Shown piece by piece: positions 9,756-18,189 of a stretch of DNA of 27,921 nucleotides. Position 1 is the stretch's first letter, and the number at the start of each line of letters is the position of its first letter. The stretch lies in assembly GCA_048886185.1 (NCBI GenBank), contig JBHLKY010000034.1:1-27921 (forward strand), read 5' to 3'. Both the position numbers and the translations under genes were made by a program. The notes under the pieces are model-generated. The model was not told the origin of the DNA. It saw only the letters and a list, made by a program, of their open reading frames with translations, and searched no databases. Source of the DNA: Candidatus Hermodarchaeota archaeon (GTDB taxonomy: Archaea; Asgardarchaeota; Heimdallarchaeia; Hodarchaeales; Hodarchaeaceae).

Positions 9756-11141
9756 CTAAAGAACCAGGGTTCCAGTAAATATTGGATTAGAAATAGTCTC
9801 AAGTGAATTCACTAGTAAGTATTGGATGCGTAAAGGATAATTACATTTGATTTTTAATGAATTTAAATCGAGAAAAATAGTGGAATTTGCTTTAAGAGTA
9901 ATCTCTTGAAAGGGTATCTCAGTTTCAGTTCCATTCTGGAAAACCTGGATAGCAGACGTTAAAATTATTGGAATGTCACCTCTATTCTTAATATTAAATG
10001 TACTGTTCTTAATCATGTCTAAATCAAGTATAGTGGTGTACTGATAATGGAGAGCTTCTTCAATTGCTCGTATCTGACCCTTTGGCAATGTTAGCTGATT
10101 TTTGTACAAATAAGAGAATACTTTAGAGAATTGCCAGCTTTTTAACCAAGTAAATAAAAAATAAAAACTTTCCTTGGTCATATTTTCAGGAACAGCACAT
10201 TCTATATTAAATGGTAAACCAAGAAATATTGCTAAGACAAGAAATTCTTCATTTTGGCTAGTGGTGAATAGCTCGCAAAATAAGAGAGGTAAACTTTGAC
10301 GAGAAGGATTTCTAATGAGATCTAATGGCAATTTTAATAAGAATAGAAAATCAAGTGTTTTCATTGGAATGTCATAATAAAAAGTAATTCTATTTAGAAG
10401 GGTGTAAATTTGAAGAGGTTCTAATTGACTCCAAGCATCCATCTCTTGAATCAGTTTGTAGGATTCCCGATTTTTGATTAATGATTCATCCTTCACTTTT
10501 TCGAAGTAGTTGAGTAGTTTAAAAGCAAGGGCCTCTGATAACTCTGCATTTTGTTGAATTGAAGAAGGAAGAAAAAAGTAAAGAGAATAGTAATAAAAAA
10601 TCAATCTTATATTTGAACTTCGATAAGGAATTAGAATGAAGTCTTTGGTGAATTTTGAGTTGAAAATTCCCTCAGCTTCTTGATCTATCCCCTTTATCAG
10701 TGGCCTCTTTTGACGTTGCTTTTTAGAAATTCCCAATATTTTTGCTATTCGAGTCCATACCTGTTGAAACTGCCTATCAAGATGACGATTTTGTTGGGCA
10801 ATGGTCAGTTCTTTTTTGGGAGGAGGGTACATAGCAATTTTCTTAGATTTGGAACGAAGATCCTTTGACACTTCTTCTAAAGAGGAAAAATAAGATTGTC
10901 CATGAAGCATATTTCCTTCAATGTCAAAAAGATATAGTCGTATCTCCTTTTTCCAAAGAATTACTACCATATAAGAGAGACCCGCATCTGTGTTGATAAC
11001 CAAGCTTGGTATACTTGGTAACCCCTTTTTGAAAACAATGTGTTTTTTTAAGCGACGTAACTCTCCCGAATCAGCACCCTTCTCTTTCACCTCCCTTCGT
11101 ACAAACTTCATTAATTCTTTCTTTACTTCTCGGCGTACCAT
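9756..11141 (-). CDS. Hypothetical protein, 461 aa
   Basis: Long ATG-started ORF filling the gap between neighbours; no family motif recognised with certainty. Confidence 0.8.
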   Translation of the reverse strand: MVRREVKKELMKFVRREVKEKGADSGELRRLKKHIVFKKGLPSIPSLVINTDAGLSYMVVILWKKEIRLYLFDIEGNMLHGQSYFSSLEEVSKDLRSKSKKIAMYPPPKKELTIAQQNRHLDRQFQQVWTRIAKILGISKKQRQKRPLIKGIDQEAEGIFNSKFTKDFILIPYRSSNIRLIFYYYSLYFFLPSSIQQNAELSEALAFKLLNYFEKVKDESLIKNRESYKLIQEMDAWSQLEPLQIYTLLNRITFYYDIPMKTLDFLFLLKLPLDLIRNPSRQSLPLLFCELFTTSQNEEFLVLAIFLGLPFNIECAVPENMTKESFYFLFTWLKSWQFSKVFSYLYKNQLTLPKGQIRAIEEALHYQYTTILDLDMIKNSTFNIKNRGDIPIILTSAIQVFQNGTETEIPFQEITLKANSTIFLDLNSLKIKCNYPLRIQYLLVNSLETISNPIFTGTLVL

Positions 11142-11165
11142 CAGTAAATTCGGTGATTTTTCAAC

Positions 11166-11179
11166 TATTTAAGTTTCTT
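11166..11179 (-). promoter_or_regulatory. BRE-TATA candidate for the 461-aa gene
   Basis: Minus strand reads GAGAAA-C-TTAAATA, with the TATA-like box 25-31 nt upstream of ATG 11141. This fits a leaderless or short-leader archaeal transcript. Confidence 0.45.
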
Positions 11180-11234
11180 CACTATGCTAAAGAATCTTTT
11201 TCAATGTTCACTATAAATAACGTTTGTGCAAATG

Positions 11235-11549
11235 ATGAAACTACGAATTCAGTTATTTGGACAATTAGGAGCGAATTTAGGTTCTAACATAGAATTAAGG
11301 TTTAATGAGAAAGAACCAACTCTTCGAGAAGTCATTGAGATGCTAATCAAAAAAGATGAAAAATTAGAATCTCTGCTATTGAAAGGAAATGATTTGAAAC
11401 ATGGTACAATTCTCTTGGTTAACGGACATATTGTTGATAGATCACAATGGGGCCTAGATGAGAGTCTTAAACACCGAGATCACGTGACAATCGATCAATT
11501 AGGTTTTCTGCCCATTGTAGGTGGAGGTTATAATTGCCATATTAGGTGA
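11235..11549 (+). CDS. moaD: MoaD/ThiS/SAMP family ubiquitin-like sulfur carrier with a C-terminal extension after GGG
   Basis: MKLRIQLFG, PTLREVIEML, ILLVNG, and LPIVGGG followed by YNCHIR. Lies directly upstream of a Mo-hydroxylase. Alternative starts are GTG 11226 and ATG 11232. Confidence 0.8.
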   Translation: MKLRIQLFGQLGANLGSNIELRFNEKEPTLREVIEMLIKKDEKLESLLLKGNDLKHGTILLVNGHIVDRSQWGLDESLKHRDHVTIDQLGFLPIVGGGYNCHIR

Positions 11550-11550
11550 T
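11544..11550 (+). promoter_or_regulatory. Shine-Dalgarno site AGGTGAT for the Mo-hydroxylase large subunit, overlapping the moaD stop
   Basis: AGGTGAT 7 nt upstream of ATG 11558. Confidence 0.65.
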
Positions 11551-11557
11551 CTGAGTT

Positions 11558-13927
11558 ATGGTAAATTATGTTGGTCAATCAATCCCACGTAAAGATGCTT
11601 TTAACAAGGTATCTGGTGCTGCTATTTATGCTTTTGATATAGACAACTTTCCTAACATGCTTTACTGTAAGTTTTTAACATCACCACACGCGCATGCTCA
11701 GATTCTTTCTATCGATACTTCAAAAGCTGAAGAATTACCAGGGGTCGCAGCTGTTGTAACAGGTAAAGATTGGCCTATAAAAATAGGATTATATGCAGGA
11801 GATCGTGACATTCTGGCTGTAGAGAAAGTTGTTTGGCTCGGTCAACCAGTAGTCGCTGTAGCTGCAGAGTCAGAGAGATTAGCATCTCAGGCTCTGGAAC
11901 TAGTTAATATACACTATGAAATACTCCCCAATGTTTTAGATCCACTTGAGGCTAAAAACTCAACAAAAATCCTTGTTCATGAAAAGATGGCTGAATATGA
12001 ACATTCACCTGCTTTCAATCCTATTCCTGGTACTAACATTGCAAACCATTTCAAATTACGTAAGGGTGACATCAAGAAAGGCTTCGCTCAATCCGATTTA
12101 ATAATAGAAAACACGTTTTCTATGCCCCAAGTAGCTCATGCATACCTAGAACCACTTGTTTCAATTGGTCAATACAAAGAAGATGGAACAATACAAGTCT
12201 GGTCATCTGCACAATCACCCTTTACGGTAAGGTATTTACTTGGAGCTACGTTTGGAGTACCTATATCAAATATTACCGTCCATACCCCCTTCCTCGGTGG
12301 AGGTTTTGGGGGTAAAGCAGGTCTAAATTTTGAACCTCTAGTAGTTTTACTTTCACGAAAAGCGAATAATAGACCAGTAAAACTTCGATTGACTCGAGAA
12401 GAGAATTTTCGTAGCGCTCCTATTAGGGTAGGGATGATTGCGCATGTGAAAACAGGATTGAAGTCAAATGGTAGAATACTGGCAGAAGAACTTGAATATA
12501 TATGGGATTCAGGTGCATGTGCAGATTACGCAGTAAATGTAGGGCGTGCAGGTGGTTATGTTTCAATAGGCCCATACGATATTGATAACATTAAATCTGA
12601 TTCTTATACTATTTATACCAATAAACCCTACGCAACCGCTTTTCGTGGATTTGGCCATATGGAATTACATTGGGCCATTGAAAGACAACGTGATACCATT
12701 GCTAATGCTTTAAAGATGGATCCAGTTGAATTTCGGAAAATTAACACTCTGAAACCAGGAATATCTCTAACTGCAAATCAAGAGTGTCTTCGTACAGATG
12801 CAGGAAATCTCGATCAATGTCTTGAAAAGGTTTGGACTGAATTAAAATATGGCTTCTCAAACTCTCCAGTTGAAAAACCATGGTTATTTCGCGGCATTGG
12901 GATTGCAGGTTTTATGAAAGGGCCTGCTCAACCACCCAATAGTTCTGCATCAGCTTATGTTAAGTTTAATGAAGATGGAGGTATTTTAGTTTCTGTCGGA
13001 ACATCAGAGATGGGACAAGGAACTATTACAAGCCTTGCCCAAATTGCAGCTGAAGAATTAGGACTTCCTATAGAAAAAGTCAAGATCAGAGGAGACCGAG
13101 ACACTGATCGTGATGCATATACATGGCAAACTGTAGGATCCCGCTCTTTATTCATGGATGGAAATGCTGTTAAGAATGCCTGTAAAGACGCAAAATCACA
13201 AATACTTGAGTTAGCAAGTCAAGTATTACATGTTCAATCTGATGACTTAATAATTGAAAATGAACTAATATTTCCCAGGGGAGAAAAATGGAAACACATG
13301 AGTCTAGCTGAACTCGCAATGGGTTACATGTATGCCACTGGTGAATCTATAGGGGGACCTATAATCGGTAGAGGAAAGTATATTGCTAAAATGACAATGT
13401 TAGATCCAGAAACAGGTGCCGGAAAACCAGCTATCTTTGATACATTTGGAGCTCACGGAGTTGAAATTGAGATAAATGTCTTAACAGGGGAAATTACGGT
13501 TAAACGCTTGATTTCGGCATTTGATATCGGAAAAGCAATCAATCCGAGATTATGTGAAGGACAAATAATAGGAGGAAGTGTAATGGCTTTATCAATCGCA
13601 TTGAATGAACAACTTCAATACAATGAGGAGGGTGAGCTATTAAATCCTAATTTGGTAGACTATGTAATTGCTCGATCAGGGGATATTCCTGGAGAATTTG
13701 TTTCTTATTTAATAGAGAATCCACAAGAAGATGGACCCTATGGCGCAAGGGGCATTGGTGAGTTGACAATGCTCGGTGTGCCTGCTGCAGTAGGTAATGC
13801 TATATTTAATGCGATTGGTGTCCAAATTAATGATTTACCTCTCACACCCCAGAAAGTTTGGTCAGAAATTCACCAACAACGACCAGAACTCATAATGTCT
13901 ATGAAAAAGAGAATTTTGGAGGATTAA
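11558..13927 (+). CDS. Xanthine dehydrogenase family molybdopterin-binding (large) subunit
   Basis: HAYLEP; WSSAQSPF; GGGFGGK; AFRGFG; GQG..T...QIAAEELG; TVGSRS; GARGIGE with the catalytic Glu. Confidence 0.93.
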   Translation: MVNYVGQSIPRKDAFNKVSGAAIYAFDIDNFPNMLYCKFLTSPHAHAQILSIDTSKAEELPGVAAVVTGKDWPIKIGLYAGDRDILAVEKVVWLGQPVVAVAAESERLASQALELVNIHYEILPNVLDPLEAKNSTKILVHEKMAEYEHSPAFNPIPGTNIANHFKLRKGDIKKGFAQSDLIIENTFSMPQVAHAYLEPLVSIGQYKEDGTIQVWSSAQSPFTVRYLLGATFGVPISNITVHTPFLGGGFGGKAGLNFEPLVVLLSRKANNRPVKLRLTREENFRSAPIRVGMIAHVKTGLKSNGRILAEELEYIWDSGACADYAVNVGRAGGYVSIGPYDIDNIKSDSYTIYTNKPYATAFRGFGHMELHWAIERQRDTIANALKMDPVEFRKINTLKPGISLTANQECLRTDAGNLDQCLEKVWTELKYGFSNSPVEKPWLFRGIGIAGFMKGPAQPPNSSASAYVKFNEDGGILVSVGTSEMGQGTITSLAQIAAEELGLPIEKVKIRGDRDTDRDAYTWQTVGSRSLFMDGNAVKNACKDAKSQILELASQVLHVQSDDLIIENELIFPRGEKWKHMSLAELAMGYMYATGESIGGPIIGRGKYIAKMTMLDPETGAGKPAIFDTFGAHGVEIEINVLTGEITVKRLISAFDIGKAINPRLCEGQIIGGSVMALSIALNEQLQYNEEGELLNPNLVDYVIARSGDIPGEFVSYLIENPQEDGPYGARGIGELTMLGVPAAVGNAIFNAIGVQINDLPLTPQKVWSEIHQQRPELIMSMKKRILED

Positions 13928-13929
13928 AG

Positions 13930-14790
13930 ATGACTGAAACTATCTCACATGTAAACCTTCCTCAGTTTGAGATTCTAATCCCCAATTCAATAGAAGAAGC
14001 ATTAAAAATGCTTCACAGTCACCGAGATAACTGTAAGCTTCTTGCTGGAGGAACAGATCTATTGAACGACCTTCGTCATCGATTAATACGACCAAAGGTT
14101 CTTATTGACATAAAAAACGTTCCAGAATTGAATACACTCGAATTCACACCAAATGAGGTACAAATTGGAGCAGCAGTAGCTATTTCCGAAGTATTGAAAC
14201 AGCCTCTGTTAAAAGTGCATTATAATGCACTTTATCAAGCACTTAATGACATGTGTGATGAAATCCTGAGGAAAAGGGCTACTATAGGAGGAAATATTGC
14301 AACAGCTTCCCCAGCAGCGGACACTGCTGCCCCTCTTTTTGTACATCAAGCTGTAGTCGAAGTTCAATCTCAATCTAGAGGAAATAGGCGAATACCAATC
14401 GTTGAATTCTTTAGAGGAGTGAAAAAAAACGATCTTGTTTCTGATGAGCTAATAGTTTCAATCACAATTCCTAAACCTATCTCTGGAAATAAGTCAGCAT
14501 TTATGAAGATGAAGCGTGGAGTAGAAGATTTAGCTCTAGTAGGAGTTGCAGGTTCACATGATCAACACCGAACATACTTAGGCTTCACAGCTGTAGCTCC
14601 GACACCTATATTTTTAGATATATCAGCTCTCATAACCAATAACCAGATCTCTGAAGATGTATTCCAACCAATATGGCAGGAGATTCTATCAAACATAAAT
14701 CCCATAACTGATGTACGTTCATGTAGAGAATACCGCATTCATATTGCAGAAATATTAACTAGATTAATCATCAAGGAGATTATGTCATGA
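13930..14790 (+). CDS. Xanthine dehydrogenase family FAD-binding (medium) subunit
   Basis: AGGTDL; RATIGGNIATASPAAD; P+TDVRS..EYR. The likely start is ATG 13930 (GGAGG upstream, 2 nt after the large-subunit stop), not 13858. Confidence 0.92.
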   Translation: MTETISHVNLPQFEILIPNSIEEALKMLHSHRDNCKLLAGGTDLLNDLRHRLIRPKVLIDIKNVPELNTLEFTPNEVQIGAAVAISEVLKQPLLKVHYNALYQALNDMCDEILRKRATIGGNIATASPAADTAAPLFVHQAVVEVQSQSRGNRRIPIVEFFRGVKKNDLVSDELIVSITIPKPISGNKSAFMKMKRGVEDLALVGVAGSHDQHRTYLGFTAVAPTPIFLDISALITNNQISEDVFQPIWQEILSNINPITDVRSCREYRIHIAEILTRLIIKEIMS

Positions 14791-15254
14791 AAAAGCACAT
14801 AAGAGTTATTGTAAATACTAAAACTTATGATATTCTAGCTAAACCTAATGAAACTTTACTTGATATTTTACGTAATCACCTACACATCACATCAGTTAAA
14901 GCAGCCTGTTGGCAGGGCGATTGTGGAATATGCACTGTTCTCCTCGAAGGAATTCCAATTAAATCTTGTTTAGTACTAGCACATGAAGCAAATAACAAAA
15001 ATATATTAACAGTTGAAGGTTTATCAAGAGAAGGAGTTATTTCAAATCTCCAAAAGTCATTTATCACTAGTGGAGCTGTTCAGTGTGGATTTTGTACTTC
15101 AGCGTTTCTGCTTATGGGGCACTACCTTTTATCACAGGGTAAACCACTAGACCGAAAAGAAGTTGGACATCTATTAAATGGGATTATCTGCAGATGTACC
15201 GGATATAAACAAATTATTGATTCAATCATTGCAATTAATACAATCACGGAGTAA
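14787..15254 (+). CDS. Xanthine dehydrogenase family 2x[2Fe-2S] (small) subunit
   Basis: CWQGDCGICTV...SCL and QCGFCT...CRCTGY; ATGA overlap with the medium subunit. Confidence 0.94.
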   Translation: MKKHIRVIVNTKTYDILAKPNETLLDILRNHLHITSVKAACWQGDCGICTVLLEGIPIKSCLVLAHEANNKNILTVEGLSREGVISNLQKSFITSGAVQCGFCTSAFLLMGHYLLSQGKPLDRKEVGHLLNGIICRCTGYKQIIDSIIAINTITE

Positions 15255-15328
15255 TCTAATCAACGAATCCAAATCTTATTCAAATAACGTCATTTCTTCC
15301 AAGATTAAAATGAATTGCGGGTATATTC

Positions 15329-16267
15329 TTGAAAGTGAGGTTTGAATGTCTTTATTGTCTATTTCACAGAGCAGAAAGACAAATAGAAAGGTTAACAACC
15401 AATGAAGAACTTCGTTTTAGAGCTTTAGCTGGAGTAATCCGAATTATTGCCAACCATGTAGATCCTAGTGGTTCTGAGAATATTTCTCATCCTCTTCGAC
15501 TTTGTCCCAGTTACATTGGTACTAAACGAGACAGATTTCTTCAAACATTCTTTCAAGTAGTTGACATATACAAGAAAGAGAAGTCAGAAACCAAAGCTCA
15601 AACGCTCTATCTTTGGCGTATGATTCAAAATGAGATGAAAAGCTTAAGTAATTTGCAAAAACAGCTGAATAAAGCTTTAGCATTAGCTACAGCAGCTAAT
15701 ATCATCGAATATGACCTTTTAACTCAGAAAAGGGAACCCAATATAAACCAAAAGATAGAGTTCGTCTTTAATTTTGCAGAAAAAGAATGGGATGACCTTT
15801 CTTATGAATTAATTCCTAACTTTTTGTCTAATATTAAATCAGCAAATAAAATTCTGTACCTTACTGATAACATTGGAGAAACTGTGTTTGATGCAAAAGT
15901 CATTGACATCCTCTTACACCTAGGTAAAGATATTATCATTGCAGGAAAAAGCAAACCTATTTTGAATGATGCTACTTATTTGGACTTAAGAGAACTTTGG
16001 GATAAAATAAATTGCAAAAATGATCTGAAAATCATTTCTATTGGTACGAATTCTGTAGGACTACTTCTAGATGAAGTATCAGACGAGTTTCAGGAAGCCA
16101 TGAGTGAATGTGATTTAATTATAGCCAAAGGAATGGGTCACTTTGAAACTCTACCAGAGTATGATTGGAATCAAGCTGTTTGGTGTCTCTTTCGTACAAA
16201 ATGTAATCCAGTTGCAATGGAAGCAAATTCAATTCTTGGAAAAAATTGTATTAGAAAAATTGCTTAG
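15329..16267 (+). CDS. DUF89/ARMT1-like damage-control metal-dependent phosphatase (subfamily I-like)
   Basis: N-terminal ECLYC; LYLTDNIGETVFD; PILNDAT; IIAKGMGHFETL; TKCNPVA. Confidence 0.85.
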   Translation: MKVRFECLYCLFHRAERQIERLTTNEELRFRALAGVIRIIANHVDPSGSENISHPLRLCPSYIGTKRDRFLQTFFQVVDIYKKEKSETKAQTLYLWRMIQNEMKSLSNLQKQLNKALALATAANIIEYDLLTQKREPNINQKIEFVFNFAEKEWDDLSYELIPNFLSNIKSANKILYLTDNIGETVFDAKVIDILLHLGKDIIIAGKSKPILNDATYLDLRELWDKINCKNDLKIISIGTNSVGLLLDEVSDEFQEAMSECDLIIAKGMGHFETLPEYDWNQAVWCLFRTKCNPVAMEANSILGKNCIRKIA

Positions 16268-16284
16268 ATCTGGATTGAAAGTAT

Positions 16285-16581
16285 ATGACTTCAGGAACCA
16301 AGAAAAGAACTGTATATTCTTCAGCGACAATTGCTGCTGCAGCATTCAATCTTCCAGTTATGGTAATTGCAGGTTTAATCATAGGGTATCTCTTATCCGT
16401 AAATCAAGAACCCCCCTTACGTGAAATAATACTAATTGGCACTCCCATCATATTTTTTGTATTAGCAATATTAGAGCTCTACTATGCAGTTAATAAACAA
16501 CAATTGCAGCAAGCTCGTGTGATATCCTCTCAAAGTGGCTTAGCTAAGCTAATAACAATGGAAGGGGATGAAGAGGAGTAG
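16285..16581 (+). CDS. Small two-TM membrane protein, possibly AtpZ/AtpI (ATPase gene 1)-like
   Basis: Two hydrophobic helices (...VIAGLIIGYLL and ...IGTPIIFFVLAILELYY) joined by a short Pro-containing loop. The family call is by eye only. Confidence 0.55.
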   Translation: MTSGTKKRTVYSSATIAAAAFNLPVMVIAGLIIGYLLSVNQEPPLREIILIGTPIIFFVLAILELYYAVNKQQLQQARVISSQSGLAKLITMEGDEEE

Positions 16582-16612
16582 TGTTTTCCAACACTCATAT
16601 CCTTTCATCAAG

Positions 16613-16990
16613 TTAACCTATCATCTGGCCAATAGCTAGGTATAACATGAATGCAATAACGAAACCAAAGACACCAATACCCTCAATAAAGGCAATGAAT
16701 ATGATAGTTCGACCAAAGACTTCAGGACGCTCTGCAATAGCTCCAATGGCAGCAGAGCTAGCTGTTCCCAGAGCAAGAGCTGCACCTAATCCTGCCAATC
16801 CGATGGCTATCCCCGCTCCAATAGCTAATCCAAAAATTGCCTGTCCAGTATCTTCTTGTGCAGGTTCTTGAGTTGTTGAGGGACTGGCTACTACCGATGT
16901 AACTATCATTGTTAGACTAAGAAGGGCTATTGTTATTAGGCCTATTGCAAATTGCAGCTTAATTATTTGTTTTTTTTGATGTGTATTCAT
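16613..16990 (-). CDS. atpK: A/V-type ATP synthase proteolipid subunit K (c), single hairpin with an N-terminal hydrophobic extension
   Basis: GIAIGLAGLGAALALG; AAIGAIAERPEVFGRTIIFIAFIEG with the conserved carboxylate. GGTGA upstream. Confidence 0.93.
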   Translation of the reverse strand: MNTHQKKQIIKLQFAIGLITIALLSLTMIVTSVVASPSTTQEPAQEDTGQAIFGLAIGAGIAIGLAGLGAALALGTASSAAIGAIAERPEVFGRTIIFIAFIEGIGVFGFVIAFMLYLAIGQMIG

Positions 16991-17060
16991 TCTGTTTCAC
17001 CAAATGGTTGATTCTCCTAGATTTTTTCATTTTATTCTTATTTACACTTAATCAATAGCA

Positions 17061-18143
17061 TTACTTGAAGTAAATTAGCAGTTCACGAGCGAATTCAATA
17101 TCTATACCTTTCCATTTCGTTTCAAAGATAATCCTTAAATTCTCTGTTTCTTGCAAACGAAATATAATATATGCCAAAAATATACCGATATGAAAGGGGT
17201 ATCCAGCCATCATTGTAAGTAAGGATTGAATAAACCATTCTTTTTGAAGTTGTTCAATTTTAGTAATAGATTTATCTTTCTCTCTATATTCACGAAATAT
17301 AGCTTGAATTAGATCAGAATAAACTGTAGTTTGAAATTGATCTATTGCATCTTGAAATGAGAAAGCTTCGACAGCTTGGTCTAAAACGGAACGTAAACGA
17401 TAATTAATAGGAATAATTTGAAACAAAATGTTCTTAGACGGAAAATTAAGTAATTTACTTCTTAACACAATATTAAGATTGATAAGATCGATCTCTGTTC
17501 CTATTATCTTTTCTGTTACCTTCCTATCTCTCTCATTTTGAGAGGGTATTATTACTTCCCATATTTGTTTATAAAAAGAATGATCAATTGCATTTTCTAA
17601 TAATAAGATATTTTTTTGTTTCTGATATTCATCTAATTTTGAATTCAGTGCTTCTACGACCCAAGGTGTTTGGAGCTTTTGAATTAATTCCTCAATACTT
17701 TCTACTTTGGAGATAATTGCTAATTCTGTTTTCTCATCTGAATTTGCAATAATAAACTTTCTAGACACCAATGATTCAATATCTTTCGTGTGAATCTTAC
17801 GTATTATTTGTTTTAGAATATTCGTGTAAGGTTTTTTTAAATAAAACTCTATAAGAGCGCGTGCCTTCTTAGGAGTATCCTTTAATAATACAAGCATTTC
17901 ATCATAAACATTCTTGTAAAGTGAATCTACCAAAGTTTCGATGAAGTTGTTAGCTTTTAGATCCACACTAGTAAGTGAATCTTTGTATCGAGGAGTGTCT
18001 TGAAGATAACTCAAACCTTCAATCAATGAACTGGATAGTAATCGTTCATAATCAGCAGAAGAGAAAAGTTCCCCTTTTCGGGCCTTTATTCGGGTGTTTA
18101 TGAAGGAATATTCCTTGGCTTCAGTCACTTGCCCAAGTCTCAT
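17061..18143 (-). CDS. atpC: A/V-type ATP synthase subunit C (homologue of eukaryotic V0 d)
   Basis: YSFINTRIKARKGELFS..DYERLL; GTEIDLINLNIVLRSK; ETENLRII. Confidence 0.9.
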   Translation of the reverse strand: MRLGQVTEAKEYSFINTRIKARKGELFSSADYERLLSSSLIEGLSYLQDTPRYKDSLTSVDLKANNFIETLVDSLYKNVYDEMLVLLKDTPKKARALIEFYLKKPYTNILKQIIRKIHTKDIESLVSRKFIIANSDEKTELAIISKVESIEELIQKLQTPWVVEALNSKLDEYQKQKNILLLENAIDHSFYKQIWEVIIPSQNERDRKVTEKIIGTEIDLINLNIVLRSKLLNFPSKNILFQIIPINYRLRSVLDQAVEAFSFQDAIDQFQTTVYSDLIQAIFREYREKDKSITKIEQLQKEWFIQSLLTMMAGYPFHIGIFLAYIIFRLQETENLRIIFETKWKGIDIEFARELLIYFK

Positions 18144-18189
18144 AATTACACACTCAATTCGGATAAATAATCATATTTTACATAAAAGC

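Noticed and set aside
11079-11141. VRREVK duplicated at the N-terminus of the 461-aa protein
   Set aside because: Only six residues, with synonymous differences at DNA level; too short to call a repeat element.
11212-11219. TATAAATA as the promoter of the moaD operon
   Set aside because: Good consensus, but it ends only 12-15 nt before the ATGs, too close for normal archaeal spacing; left uncalled.
11547-11564. UGA read-through fusing MoaD to the Mo-hydroxylase
   Set aside because: The frame hits TAA at 11562 and is not the large-subunit frame.
11558-13927. Aerobic CO dehydrogenase large subunit (coxL/cutL)
   Set aside because: The active-site loop is AFRGFG. It lacks the Cu-binding AYxCSFR of form I and the AYRGAGR of form II.
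13858-13929. Longer start for the FAD subunit given in the ORF track
   Set aside because: It overlaps the large subunit by 70 nt, adds non-homologous residues, and ATG 13930 has a good GGAGG site.
13930-14790. 4-hydroxybenzoyl-CoA reductase beta subunit
   Set aside because: No Cys-rich [4Fe-4S] insertion in the FAD subunit.
16613-16990. Na+-translocating ATP synthase
   Set aside because: The Q...E-S/T...Y signature is absent.
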